Shown piece after piece: positions 8,130 through 17,329 of a stretch of 64,000 nucleotides of DNA. Numbering within the stretch: the first letter of the stretch is position 1; each line of letters starts with the position of its first letter. The DNA comes from Blastocatellia bacterium (GTDB lineage: Bacteria > Acidobacteriota > Blastocatellia > UBA7656), in NCBI GenBank assembly GCA_963765495.1, contig CAVXWP010000001.1, positions 704,001-768,000 on the forward strand, given 5' to 3'. The notes under the pieces are model-generated. The model saw only the letters and a list, made by a program, of their open reading frames with translations. It ran no database searches and had not been told where the DNA came from. The translations under genes were made by a program, and so were the position numbers.

Positions 8130-11100
8130 TTAGTGTGACGCGCACACGTCATTGCACACAAACGGCAGAGAGGCTACGCCGCCCGGTGCCGGGTTCTTCA
8201 CAATGATCGGTCCGGGCAATCCCCCGCATATATTCCCTTTGAGCAAAAGTTTGTTGAAGGAATTCGTATTGCTTTGAAAATCTCTGAATTTGATTTTCTT
8301 TGGTGCGGCCCCTCCGACTGTTGCCGTTGCTCCCTGCTTGAAATTGCTTCCAGTCACTGTGAGGATAAACGCGCCGGTCGACTTTCGATTGACCCTGCAC
8401 CCGTTGACGATGGCAATGTCGGGTGGGTTTCCGCCATTGCCGTTACCACCGGTCGTGCAGGTAAACGTCACCTGGATCCCTTGCTCGTTTCCAAGTATGT
8501 TGCACGTCTGTCCCGCTACCAACGCCGACAGGTTCCTGCTCGTCCCTCCTGGGCCTGTTACGAAGATTCGGAACACCTTCCCTGCGTTAGCACTCCCGAA
8601 GTTGAATAACGCATCTATCGTGTCGTTCTTCAAGATCGTGAATACCGTCGCCTGTACCACTGTCCCGTCTTCGGCTACTGCAAACACCGATGTCACTGCT
8701 CCCGGCGTCAGGAAGCACGATCCCACTATCAGGATGTCCTGTGGTACCGCACAATTCCCTGATGACGGCGACGCACTCAACACTACCGGTGCTCTCACGC
8801 CAAGGTTCACTGCGCACACCGACGTCCTCGTGAAGTCTCCAAACACATTGTTGTCTCCATCCGTGAACGTCGTTGTCACTATTACTTCCACTACTCCTCC
8901 ACAGCATCCCAGCGGGAAGGCCGTGCTCGTCGCTGCTGCTCCGGCTGATCCGAAACTCACGGTCGGGAAACTCGCCGTGATCAGGTTCTTGCTCACTGGC
9001 ACCACGTTTGCCAATACGATCGGCACTTCCGTCGTCCCGTCTCCCTTCACGTCGACTTCGCATACCGCCTCGACCGCTGTCGTCACTGTCTTTCCGGGTC
9101 GTACTATCGGTATTCCTGTCTCCGTTCCGATCCCAGAGCAGATCGTCGTCACTTCATTTGGCAGGAATCCACATCCGACTATCTCTACTCCTACTGCGCA
9201 GAGTCGGTCTACTATGTCTGTTCCTGCGTTCGGTGTCCCGGCTCCTGCCGGTACTACCACCAGATTGCAGGTCGGGTTGGGCGGCTCTCCGCATCCTACT
9301 CCGTAGAAGCACACCTTCCCTCGATTGTTCTCATCCTGACGCAGCGGCGTGCAGTCTCCGTTTCCTTCGAATCTCAGGTCAAATGACGGTTTGGCAAACG
9401 TCACCTGTCCCTGCGAATTCACCACTGCATCAACTCCTGTGTTGAACAACTCGTAGATCTCCGGCTCCGTCCCTTCTCCTATCAAGCACGGGCAGATCGC
9501 TCCCACCTGCGCCTGATCGCAATTCGGGATCACTCCAAAGTGGCCGTCGGGCTGTTCGACTTCTCTGGCCAGACACGACAGGTTTGACGCGCACAGTCCT
9601 GGCGGGTTCAACGGATCGCGGAACCCTATGGTGTAGCCCACAAGCACCGGGCGATCCTTCGTCCCTAGCAGGTCCATCCTGCAATACTCGAAGCAGAAGT
9701 TCCCGCTTCCCGGATTGCGCGGCGGGCATCCTACGATTGTCCCTGTAACCGGTTCCACCGTGTAGCGCAGGTCGGTCGGCCCTTCCTGTCGGTCGAACGG
9801 CACGGCGTTGTTGCCTATCGGGTTTGCAGGATTGAAGGCCTGCGCCTCGTTCTCGTCGCAGCCTGTTCCATCGTCATACAGCGTCACTGAGAACGTGTTC
9901 GACGACATACACTGCGCGAAGTTTACTTCGTCGACTCCGATCGTGCCGAACTCTGGCACGTTGATCCATCGAATCTTGAACGAGTTGATGTTGGCAAATC
10001 CCAGTGCCATCACAGGGAAGGTGCCAAAGTCTGGTCCCAATCCAAAGTCTGCCCCACGAGTGTCGGGGTTTAGGTCGACCCAGGCCGGAGCGATTCTCGG
10101 AGGACCGGCTCTGAATATCAGCACATTCGGGCTTGGCGTAGGATCGCCCTCGCCGAAAGTGATGTTGCCGTTTGAGTTCCAGAAGAAGGCGTTCCAGACA
10201 TCGACGCCGTCTGAATCGCAGTTGGCTCCGATTGTCGTCCCGCCACCAAAGCAGAACTCGAATCCGCCTTCAAGCGCCCCATCAAGGGAGGGGTCGCCTG
10301 ATCCGTCATTGTCATCGCCACGGAAGGGCGTGTTCTGATCGTCTCCTCCGGCTACCTGATGGCTCGGATCGAGATCTTCAAATATGATCGGCCCTGCGAA
10401 ATCATCATCGCCAAGCACGGTCTGGGTCACACCAAGCGGGCTCCCGTCTGCTAGCGGTATCGCAAACGGGCTTGTTCCCACAAGTCGGTTTGTCTGTCGA
10501 AGGAATCCAACTGCCAATCCACTCAAGCCAGTCGGCAGCAAATTCACCGTGTCTATCGGTGCTTGATAGTAGATGTGATCGAATCGATCCGAATCTCCAT
10601 CTCCTACATTCCCTCCACTGGCTGGCGGGTTCGGGAACGAGTTCCCTCGGTAGTCCACATAATCCGCTCGCCGATCCATCGGACACCAGTCGGGGAAGCA
10701 CAACACTTCTGTCACAAACGGCGAGGCTCCCGAGTCGGCTGCCGGCGCTCCTCCGCTTATCACATACACGGTTGACTCCTGGTTTACTGCTATCCCAGAG
10801 TGCGAGGAGAAGTCTATCTGCATATCTATATGCTGGGTTATGGGGATGTTGCCTGCCAGCGCGTTCGTTCCTATGCTCGGGAGGTCTGGTCCGTTGCCTA
10901 CGACGAAGACTCTCCAGTTGCCAAAATCGCCTCCCCCGTCTGCTCGCCCGTCTGCAATTGGAAGGATGCCGCCTACATTGGGATCAATCAAGGCCACGGC
11001 CTCTCCTGAGCACATGTCAAAGGCCCCGCCGCAGTCGGCGAAACTGATCACCATCGAAGGCAATCCGTCTGGGAAGGTTGAGGTGGCCTTGAATCTGCCC

Positions 11101-12554
11101 TGAGCAAGGGACTGAATCCCGGTGTTAGAGGCAGAGACGGCTGCATAAAGCACGTTGCAGGGCCCGCAGGTGATAGCGACGATGTTGCCGAAATTCGTCG
11201 AGGCCCCGGTGTAGTTTGTCAACCTCGTCGAGCCGTTGGTCAGGGCCGTGGTCGAGGTGATTGTCGACGGGGTCGGTATCAACGGGATCACGCGGTTGAT
11301 GCGGCCCGTGTCGCCGCAAACGGTGCGTTTGAGTTCGGTAGCCTTGAAGATGGCAGCGCCTTCCGAACCGGTCCCCGTGCTCGGATTGAGAGTGACGAGG
11401 TTGACCAATTCGAAATACAAGCTGCCGTCATCATCGACGGCCACGCCCGCGACGTTTGAAAACTGGCTGCGGAGCAATTGCCGGACGTTTGTGAACTGAA
11501 CGAATCCGCCAAGCGCATCCGAATTCTCAAACAATCCTATTGCAAAAATGCGAGTACGGATGGGTTGATTGGCGGCATTCGAGGCTCCGCCTTCCGTGTC
11601 GTGAGTCGAGAAGTAAATCACCTCTCCGTGTCGCGCCTCAGGAAACGCATCCGTATCGCACAGGTCAAAATTAGAGTCAGGTCCTTCGGAAAAATCACCG
11701 AGGTCAGCTACGGGGTTAACGGCGATACCGGTTATGGTCACCTGATCGTCTGTGAAATCACCCGCAGTTGGATTCAAAAGCGTGAACCCGTTTGTCGTCC
11801 CTGTTGTGACCAGTTCGGGAACGTTGATGATCAGAATCGTATCTACAAGAGCATCCCCAAAAAAGTCTATGCCGATATAGAGATTGCCGACCGAATCACC
11901 ATAATAATAAATATTGAAGAAGGGATGGCCGTTGCCGCGTGTGTGCTCAGAGATTGCTGCCCGAGTCAAAACGAAATCGATATCAGGCTCAACTTCCGAG
12001 AGATCGTCAATCTTGACGCCGCGATCAACAGCACAATCTTCGCGACCGTCCCAGTCGGCTACCAATGCCACCTCAGAAAACTGAGTGTCGCGTCCGCCGA
12101 CCGTTGTGATGACGGCAGCCGACAAGGCGGCGTTCTCATTCAAAACGACAGGTTGGCCGATCAGAGGCGGGCTAGAGCGGCGAGACTGGCGGCCAGTGAC
12201 GCTGATCTTGCCGTCAGCAGGTCTGGCGATAGAGGCATTGGATCTACCGGCAATACCGGCTGCGATCTGCTGCCTGATAGCCCCGAGTTTGTTTTTAGGA
12301 ACGCGCTTGATGCCGAGTGCATCAAGGGTCGCCTGAGGAATCTTATTGTTGTCGCTTGAAGGCTGAGGAGCCACGGTAGTGGTGGGCTCGACAACCGGAG
12401 CAACAGGACCGGAGGAAGCCGGTCTTGAGGCAAGAGAGGCAATTGGGGGAGTTGAGGCACTGGAGGCCGAGGCGCGAAGGCCAAAGATCGGCACAGCCAG
12501 TGAGACAACTGCCACTGCCAGCACTGCCATCATCACTGCTCTTTTCGTTTTCAT
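8130..12554 (-). CDS. Very large Cys-rich secreted/surface protein with nidogen(NIDO)-like and C-terminal IPT/TIG-like regions
   Basis: Signal peptide MKTKRAVMMAVLAVAVVSLAV (the ORF track starts earlier, at 12587). NIDO-like WNSNGNITFG...PPRIAPAWVDLNP...IRWINVPEFG...NTFSVTLY. C-terminal LTVTGSNFKQGATATVGG. Confidence 0.8.
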   Translation of the reverse strand: MKTKRAVMMAVLAVAVVSLAVPIFGLRASASSASTPPIASLASRPASSGPVAPVVEPTTTVAPQPSSDNNKIPQATLDALGIKRVPKNKLGAIRQQIAAGIAGRSNASIARPADGKISVTGRQSRRSSPPLIGQPVVLNENAALSAAVITTVGGRDTQFSEVALVADWDGREDCAVDRGVKIDDLSEVEPDIDFVLTRAAISEHTRGNGHPFFNIYYYGDSVGNLYIGIDFFGDALVDTILIINVPELVTTGTTNGFTLLNPTAGDFTDDQVTITGIAVNPVADLGDFSEGPDSNFDLCDTDAFPEARHGEVIYFSTHDTEGGASNAANQPIRTRIFAIGLFENSDALGGFVQFTNVRQLLRSQFSNVAGVAVDDDGSLYFELVNLVTLNPSTGTGSEGAAIFKATELKRTVCGDTGRINRVIPLIPTPSTITSTTALTNGSTRLTNYTGASTNFGNIVAITCGPCNVLYAAVSASNTGIQSLAQGRFKATSTFPDGLPSMVISFADCGGAFDMCSGEAVALIDPNVGGILPIADGRADGGGDFGNWRVFVVGNGPDLPSIGTNALAGNIPITQHIDMQIDFSSHSGIAVNQESTVYVISGGAPAADSGASPFVTEVLCFPDWCPMDRRADYVDYRGNSFPNPPASGGNVGDGDSDRFDHIYYQAPIDTVNLLPTGLSGLAVGFLRQTNRLVGTSPFAIPLADGSPLGVTQTVLGDDDFAGPIIFEDLDPSHQVAGGDDQNTPFRGDDNDGSGDPSLDGALEGGFEFCFGGGTTIGANCDSDGVDVWNAFFWNSNGNITFGEGDPTPSPNVLIFRAGPPRIAPAWVDLNPDTRGADFGLGPDFGTFPVMALGFANINSFKIRWINVPEFGTIGVDEVNFAQCMSSNTFSVTLYDDGTGCDENEAQAFNPANPIGNNAVPFDRQEGPTDLRYTVEPVTGTIVGCPPRNPGSGNFCFEYCRMDLLGTKDRPVLVGYTIGFRDPLNPPGLCASNLSCLAREVEQPDGHFGVIPNCDQAQVGAICPCLIGEGTEPEIYELFNTGVDAVVNSQGQVTFAKPSFDLRFEGNGDCTPLRQDENNRGKVCFYGVGCGEPPNPTCNLVVVPAGAGTPNAGTDIVDRLCAVGVEIVGCGFLPNEVTTICSGIGTETGIPIVRPGKTVTTAVEAVCEVDVKGDGTTEVPIVLANVVPVSKNLITASFPTVSFGSAGAAATSTAFPLGCCGGVVEVIVTTTFTDGDNNVFGDFTRTSVCAVNLGVRAPVVLSASPSSGNCAVPQDILIVGSCFLTPGAVTSVFAVAEDGTVVQATVFTILKNDTIDALFNFGSANAGKVFRIFVTGPGGTSRNLSALVAGQTCNILGNEQGIQVTFTCTTGGNGNGGNPPDIAIVNGCRVNRKSTGAFILTVTGSNFKQGATATVGGAAPKKIKFRDFQSNTNSFNKLLLKGNICGGLPGPIIVKNPAPGGVASLPFVCNDVCASH

Positions 12555-12957
12555 CTTCTGTCCCTCCGAAACGCTGTGGGGCTTCATAACCTGCGACCAT
12601 CACTCCCGAAACACAACCCGGCCCGGGTCGTTTCTGTAAACTCGGTTTCTTAGAATCAAGTCTATTACTGAGGGTCTTATAAAGACTGCATATAATATGC
12701 CACACACTGGTAAGGTCTTCTGTCGCGGCAAATTCGTGTTATGGTTTTTTCTATCTGGATGGAATTAAAGGGCTGGAAGCATTGGCCTACGAAGTGAACC
12801 GACACTAAAGGTTGCCCCGAGCATGGATACAAAGTTTACGAAAAGTTGTCAAGAAAGTATACAGACGGTACTCAATACCCATTCGATCAGTCAGAAAAGG
12901 CCTTATTTTCTTCTACAATCAGGTGTTCATAAACACAGACGGGGCTTATCTCCTGTG

Positions 12958-14154
12958 TTATATAAACCACTTATTATCCATAAATTGGACGCATATGCGC
13001 TCAAATCCATCCTTTCCGACATAGCGGTTGCGTAATATCGCAAAGCTTTCAAACCCTCTGACAGGGCAAGTGAGTCTGACGATATCAAACTCAGGCGGCG
13101 CAGCCCTGACACAGATGCGAGCGCCGCTGCTGCTGAGATTTTCTGTTCTGCCCATCTCTTTTGAGATTGGTTTCAACGTTTCGGAGAAATATTCGACTGT
13201 GACAATCTCAAGGCGTTCGACTCGCGATATCCTTCGACGTTCGGTACCTCCCCATTTCCCTGTGCGGAATGAGGCCCAGGGTTTTTCGAGATAGCCCGCG
13301 GGCGGATGTTCGCCGATGAACTCAATACCTATCACCCTCGCTCCCTGTTTTGATCGCTCTATGCGCCGCACCAGCCCATAGACGCAATAAGTTGAAGCCG
13401 AATAGCTGTGTGTGCGCAGTTTTACCGGTAAAGGGACCGTAAGGTGTAATACCATTCCGTGTCGAACTCTTCTGTGCAACTGAAATGTGAGTCCGGTCCG
13501 GCTTACATCTATAGTGTTTGTCATCTCGTGCCACTTGCCGGATTTGCGGTCGTGGCCTGTGATGCGCGCAGGCACTGAGAGTCTGAATCGCTCGCATCGG
13601 CGGCGATTGTCGTTGGCCAGATTCTTCGTTGATTCTGTATAGACACCTTGCTGCGCCGGAATATGATTGATGTTTATGGCGGTCTGAGCGGCTGGCGCAG
13701 CCGCAACCGAACCGGCAGCGGGGCGCGCAGGCGGATTAACGCCCGGATTGGTTCTCTTTTCGATGTTGTTTGAAGATGTCCCCAGGCTGATCCTCGGAAG
13801 CACGGAATTGTCGTACTCGGTCCTTCGTCCGAAGTTGGCAAGAACGGAAAAGGCCCACGATGCGCGGCTAAAGGCTCGCTCCATCCTCACCATCAATTTT
13901 TCAGGCAGACTCGTGCTGATTCTGTATGAAGGATAGAGCAGAGCAAGAGCGTGCTGATAGGCGCACCTTATCTCTTCCTGCGTAGCGGCGCGTTGCACCT
14001 CCAGAACCTGATAATGTGTAGCGGAACTCCCAATGTTATCGAGGAACCTTTCAAGTTCCAGATAGTACGCGCTCAATTGCTCGGCAGTATATTCCGGCTC
14101 AGCCGTATGAGGCAAAGCAGATGGAGGTGTCACAAGTATCTCGTTCAAAATCAA
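12958..14154 (-). CDS. J-domain-like protein with tandem PilZ domains
   Basis: THYQVLEV..ATQEEIR.AY (J-like, HPD replaced by YPS). Two RxxxR and D/NxSxxG motif pairs (RRCER/DVSRTG and RRISR/NLSSSG). Confidence 0.75.
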   Translation of the reverse strand: MILNEILVTPPSALPHTAEPEYTAEQLSAYYLELERFLDNIGSSATHYQVLEVQRAATQEEIRCAYQHALALLYPSYRISTSLPEKLMVRMERAFSRASWAFSVLANFGRRTEYDNSVLPRISLGTSSNNIEKRTNPGVNPPARPAAGSVAAAPAAQTAININHIPAQQGVYTESTKNLANDNRRRCERFRLSVPARITGHDRKSGKWHEMTNTIDVSRTGLTFQLHRRVRHGMVLHLTVPLPVKLRTHSYSASTYCVYGLVRRIERSKQGARVIGIEFIGEHPPAGYLEKPWASFRTGKWGGTERRRISRVERLEIVTVEYFSETLKPISKEMGRTENLSSSGARICVRAAPPEFDIVRLTCPVRGFESFAILRNRYVGKDGFERICVQFMDNKWFI

Positions 14155-14667
14155 CTCCTCAACCAGGCTCGAAAAGCAATCGTGTTGTGGATGCTAGGGG
14201 CAGTCAAAAGAGGCTTTGCTTGAAATTCACGCCCATTATGATCTGTATATCTGATTTGTCAATCGTGATATTTTACAGCCTGCCGATGAGACTACCCAAA
14301 GGGGGCAGGGAAGCCTTCATCTCAGCAAGAATTATAAGAGAATATTGAAAAGTTTCCGGCAGCCTGCGCCCGGGCCGGGCGCAACCGGGTGTCAGTGAGT
14401 GTTCAAAAAAGCCACAGAGCTGTGCCCGGCTCGACAAGAAAGCCCTTTCTGTCTATATGTCTTTCTGCGGCAGGGCAGGTCCCAATCCGCACACCCGGAA
14501 GTGGAAAACGATCTCGGTCTCTCTTGCCCAGGTAGTCTGAAATCGCTGTCGAATCGCTCATGTAAAAAATTGTAATTGCAGACCCGTTTGCTTGCTCACG
14601 GGCTAAGGGGTGGCTAATAATTTCGCGTGTGAAAAAGTTTGTAGTTTGTACGGAGGAAAGGTAATCC

Positions 14668-15177
14668 ATGAATTCAAGAAGATTGTTCGCATGTGTGATG
14701 CTGCTTTGCCTCGCAACCCCGTTGCTGGCTCAGGAAGGAGGCCGTGGCGAGGCCGAGGTAATGATCAAAGGAAAGAAAATTTCTGTTGATTACGGTCGCC
14801 CCGACCTTAACGGTCGCGACATTTTTTCGCTCGCCCCGACCGGCACCGTCTGGCGGCTGGGCAAAGACAAGGCTACAAAGCTGGTGACAACCGGCGATTT
14901 GATGGTCGGAGGCAAAGCGCTCCCGGCCGGGCAATACTCGCTGTGGGCAAAGAAGACCGGCGATAGCTCCTGGGTGCTTGAGTTTCACCCCAAGGCAGAT
15001 GTCTGGGGCGCGCCCGCGCTCACCGCAGGTTATGTGGCCGAAGTGCCTATGAAATTTGAAAAAGTGGGCGACTCAGCCGAGATGCTCACAATCGCCCTGG
15101 CAGAAAACAAGGGCAAAGGCTGGATAAAGGTTCACTGGGGGAACGGAATGCTCTCTGCTCCTTTTGACGTGAAGTAA
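14668..15177 (+). CDS. DUF2911-family secreted protein
   Basis: Signal peptide, then ISVDYGRP..GR.IF...VWRLG...AT...LPAGQYSLW. Confidence 0.85.
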   Translation: MNSRRLFACVMLLCLATPLLAQEGGRGEAEVMIKGKKISVDYGRPDLNGRDIFSLAPTGTVWRLGKDKATKLVTTGDLMVGGKALPAGQYSLWAKKTGDSSWVLEFHPKADVWGAPALTAGYVAEVPMKFEKVGDSAEMLTIALAENKGKGWIKVHWGNGMLSAPFDVK

Positions 15178-15232
15178 TTTTAGCGCAGACCTACCGACGC
15201 GAAGATCGACTCTACAATCCTCTCCTATGAGC

Positions 15233-15264
15233 AAATGGCTATCACAATGTGGTAGCCATTTTTT
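15233..15264 (+). terminator. Intrinsic terminator
   Basis: AAATGGCTATCACA-A-TGTGGTAGCCATTT followed by TTT. Confidence 0.7.
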
Positions 15265-15347
15265 CTGGTTCTTTTCGGGCGCGGGTTTGACTATCAACGA
15301 CTTGTGCGAACACAATCTCAGATTGTAGACTTCGTGACCTGGCAACA

Positions 15348-16130
15348 ATGAACGAAGAAATAAGCCTCGACAAATATCTGGTCGCCGTCTGGCGCGCAAA
15401 GTGGTTCATTATAATCATGGTCCTTGCGGCAGCCGGAATCGCTGCCTATCTGGGACTCAGACAGCCTGCGCTTCACACGGCGGTGGCGCTTATTGAAGTG
15501 GGCCGGGTTTGGAAAAACTCTCTTGAAGACCCTTACGCCACGGCCGAAATCGCAAACAGCCCCGGATTCTATCAGGAGCTTGCCGAAAAGATAGGTGTGA
15601 AGCCGGGACAACTCAAGCGCAGCGTTCAGGCGGAGGCGGTGACTGCCGGGCCGCGCCGATCGCGTTACCCTATACTTGTCCGCATAACCGCTACCGCCGA
15701 AAGCGGCGAACAGGCCGTGCGGTTTGCCGAGGAAGTGGCGGGCGAATTGCTCAGGCGACACGATGAACTTTTTGATGAAGCCCTTCGCCCCAATCTGGAG
15801 CGCCAGCAGAGGATCGAAGAACGCCTGAAAGAATTCTCGTCGCCGTCCTCATCCGAATCGCGCGACCTGAGGCTCAAGCTCGAAAGCGAACTTGATGAAA
15901 TAAAGGTTCAAAATACCTCTCCGACCTTGACGGAAAAATCTCATCTGGCCTCGCCGGTTGTGCAGGCCTCGACAATCCGCCCTTCCGTCTGGCGAGGGGT
16001 CGCCACTACCGCAATCGTTGCCGCCCTGGCAACCGTCGCCGCCGCGATTCTGTTTTCCATTCTCCGGCCCGTCGGCCAGCCAGAAACCGAGCCGGTAGAA
16101 ACCGAGCAGCCAGAAGCCGCAAGCCAATAG
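15348..16130 (+). CDS. Wzz-like polysaccharide chain-length determinant
   Basis: EEISLDKYLVAVWRAKWFI N-terminus, two TM segments flanking a coiled-coil region. First gene of the polysaccharide locus. Confidence 0.75.
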   Translation: MNEEISLDKYLVAVWRAKWFIIIMVLAAAGIAAYLGLRQPALHTAVALIEVGRVWKNSLEDPYATAEIANSPGFYQELAEKIGVKPGQLKRSVQAEAVTAGPRRSRYPILVRITATAESGEQAVRFAEEVAGELLRRHDELFDEALRPNLERQQRIEERLKEFSSPSSSESRDLRLKLESELDEIKVQNTSPTLTEKSHLASPVVQASTIRPSVWRGVATTAIVAALATVAAAILFSILRPVGQPETEPVETEQPEAASQ

Positions 16131-16142
16131 TAGAATAAAATT

Positions 16143-17270
16143 ATGCTGAAGATCGTCAACGTAGTCGGCGCTCGACCGAACTTCATGAAGATAGCTCCTG
16201 TGATCGAAGAGATGCGCCGCCGCCCCGACCGGATAGAGCCGCTGCTCGTCCACACGGGTCAGCATTATGACGAGGCCATGAGCGAGTCGTTCTTTGAAGA
16301 CCTCGGAATTCCCCGCCCGGATATAAACCTCGGCATAGGCTCGGCTTCGCACGCCGAGCAAACCGCACGCATCATGATGGCCTTCGAGCGCGTTATCCTT
16401 GAACATCGCCCGGACTGGGTGGTCGTAGTGGGAGATGTAAACTCGACTATGGCGGCGACGCTTGTGGCGTCGAAACTCCTAACCCGCGTGGCTCATATCG
16501 AAGCGGGGCTGCGCAGCCGCGACCGCACGATGCCGGAAGAGATCAATCGCCTTGTGACCGACGCGCTTGCCGATCTGCTGCTGACCCCTTCACCCGACGC
16601 CGACCGAAACCTGCTCGCCGAAGGCGTTCCGGCCTCAAAGATTCGCTTTGTAGGCAATGTGATGATAGACACGCTTTATCGCAGCCTCGAGCGGGCGCGT
16701 GAATCGAAGATGCTCGAAAGGCTGGGGCTTGAGCCAGCGCGATTCTGCGCCATGACTTTGCACAGGCCATCAAATGTGGATGACCCGAATACGCTTTCGG
16801 GCATACTCGACGCGCTCGATGAACTTCAGCGACACCTGCCGCTGGTCTTTCCCGTTCACCCGCGCACGCGCGCTCGCATAGAAGAATTCGGACTCGCTGA
16901 TCGAATCAGTCGTATGCCCAATTTGATAATGACCGAGCCGCTTGGCTATCTCGATTTTCTTCAGCTTTACAGCAACAGTCGTCTGGTGCTGACCGATAGC
17001 GGAGGCATTCAAGAAGAGACTACGGCGCTCGGCATTCCCTGCCTCACACTCAGGCATAACACGGAGCGCCCCATAACCGTGACCGAAGGAACAAACCGCA
17101 TCGTAGGCAATGACCCCGCGGCGATAAAGCGTGAGGCGCTCATCGCTCTCAACGAGCCCGCAGGTCGCGGTCGTGTTCCCGCCTTGTGGGACGGCCACAC
17201 GGCTCGCCGCATCGTTGACGCGATTGAAGGCTATAGCGGGGGCCGGGGGCCGGGGGCCGGGGGCCAGTAG
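16143..17270 (+). CDS. wecB: UDP-N-acetylglucosamine 2-epimerase (non-hydrolysing)
   Basis: GARPNFMK, HTGQHYD, HIEAGLRS, MPEEINR, TDSGGIQEE. Confidence 0.95.
   Translation: MLKIVNVVGARPNFMKIAPVIEEMRRRPDRIEPLLVHTGQHYDEAMSESFFEDLGIPRPDINLGIGSASHAEQTARIMMAFERVILEHRPDWVVVVGDVNSTMAATLVASKLLTRVAHIEAGLRSRDRTMPEEINRLVTDALADLLLTPSPDADRNLLAEGVPASKIRFVGNVMIDTLYRSLERARESKMLERLGLEPARFCAMTLHRPSNVDDPNTLSGILDALDELQRHLPLVFPVHPRTRARIEEFGLADRISRMPNLIMTEPLGYLDFLQLYSNSRLVLTDSGGIQEETTALGIPCLTLRHNTERPITVTEGTNRIVGNDPAAIKREALIALNEPAGRGRVPALWDGHTARRIVDAIEGYSGGRGPGAGGQ
17238..17265 (+). repeat. (GGGGGCC)4 heptamer array in the wecB 3' end
   Basis: Four exact copies encoding GGRGPGAGG. Confidence 0.85.
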
Positions 17271-17329
17271 CAAGCGAAGCAGTATGTGCCCCTCCGGGGT
17301 CGAGGGCTTTCCTGACATCAGTGATAATT

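Noticed and set aside
8290-12359. Long antisense ORFs (for example 8290..9306 and 11478..12359, and similar ones over purL, GH78 and A2M)
   Set aside because: They are shadow frames of well-supported genes in GC-rich DNA and carry no family motifs.
15248-15260. ops/JUMPstart element before the polysaccharide locus
   Set aside because: TGTGGTAGCC only partly matches GGCGGTAG and forms one arm of a terminator hairpin.
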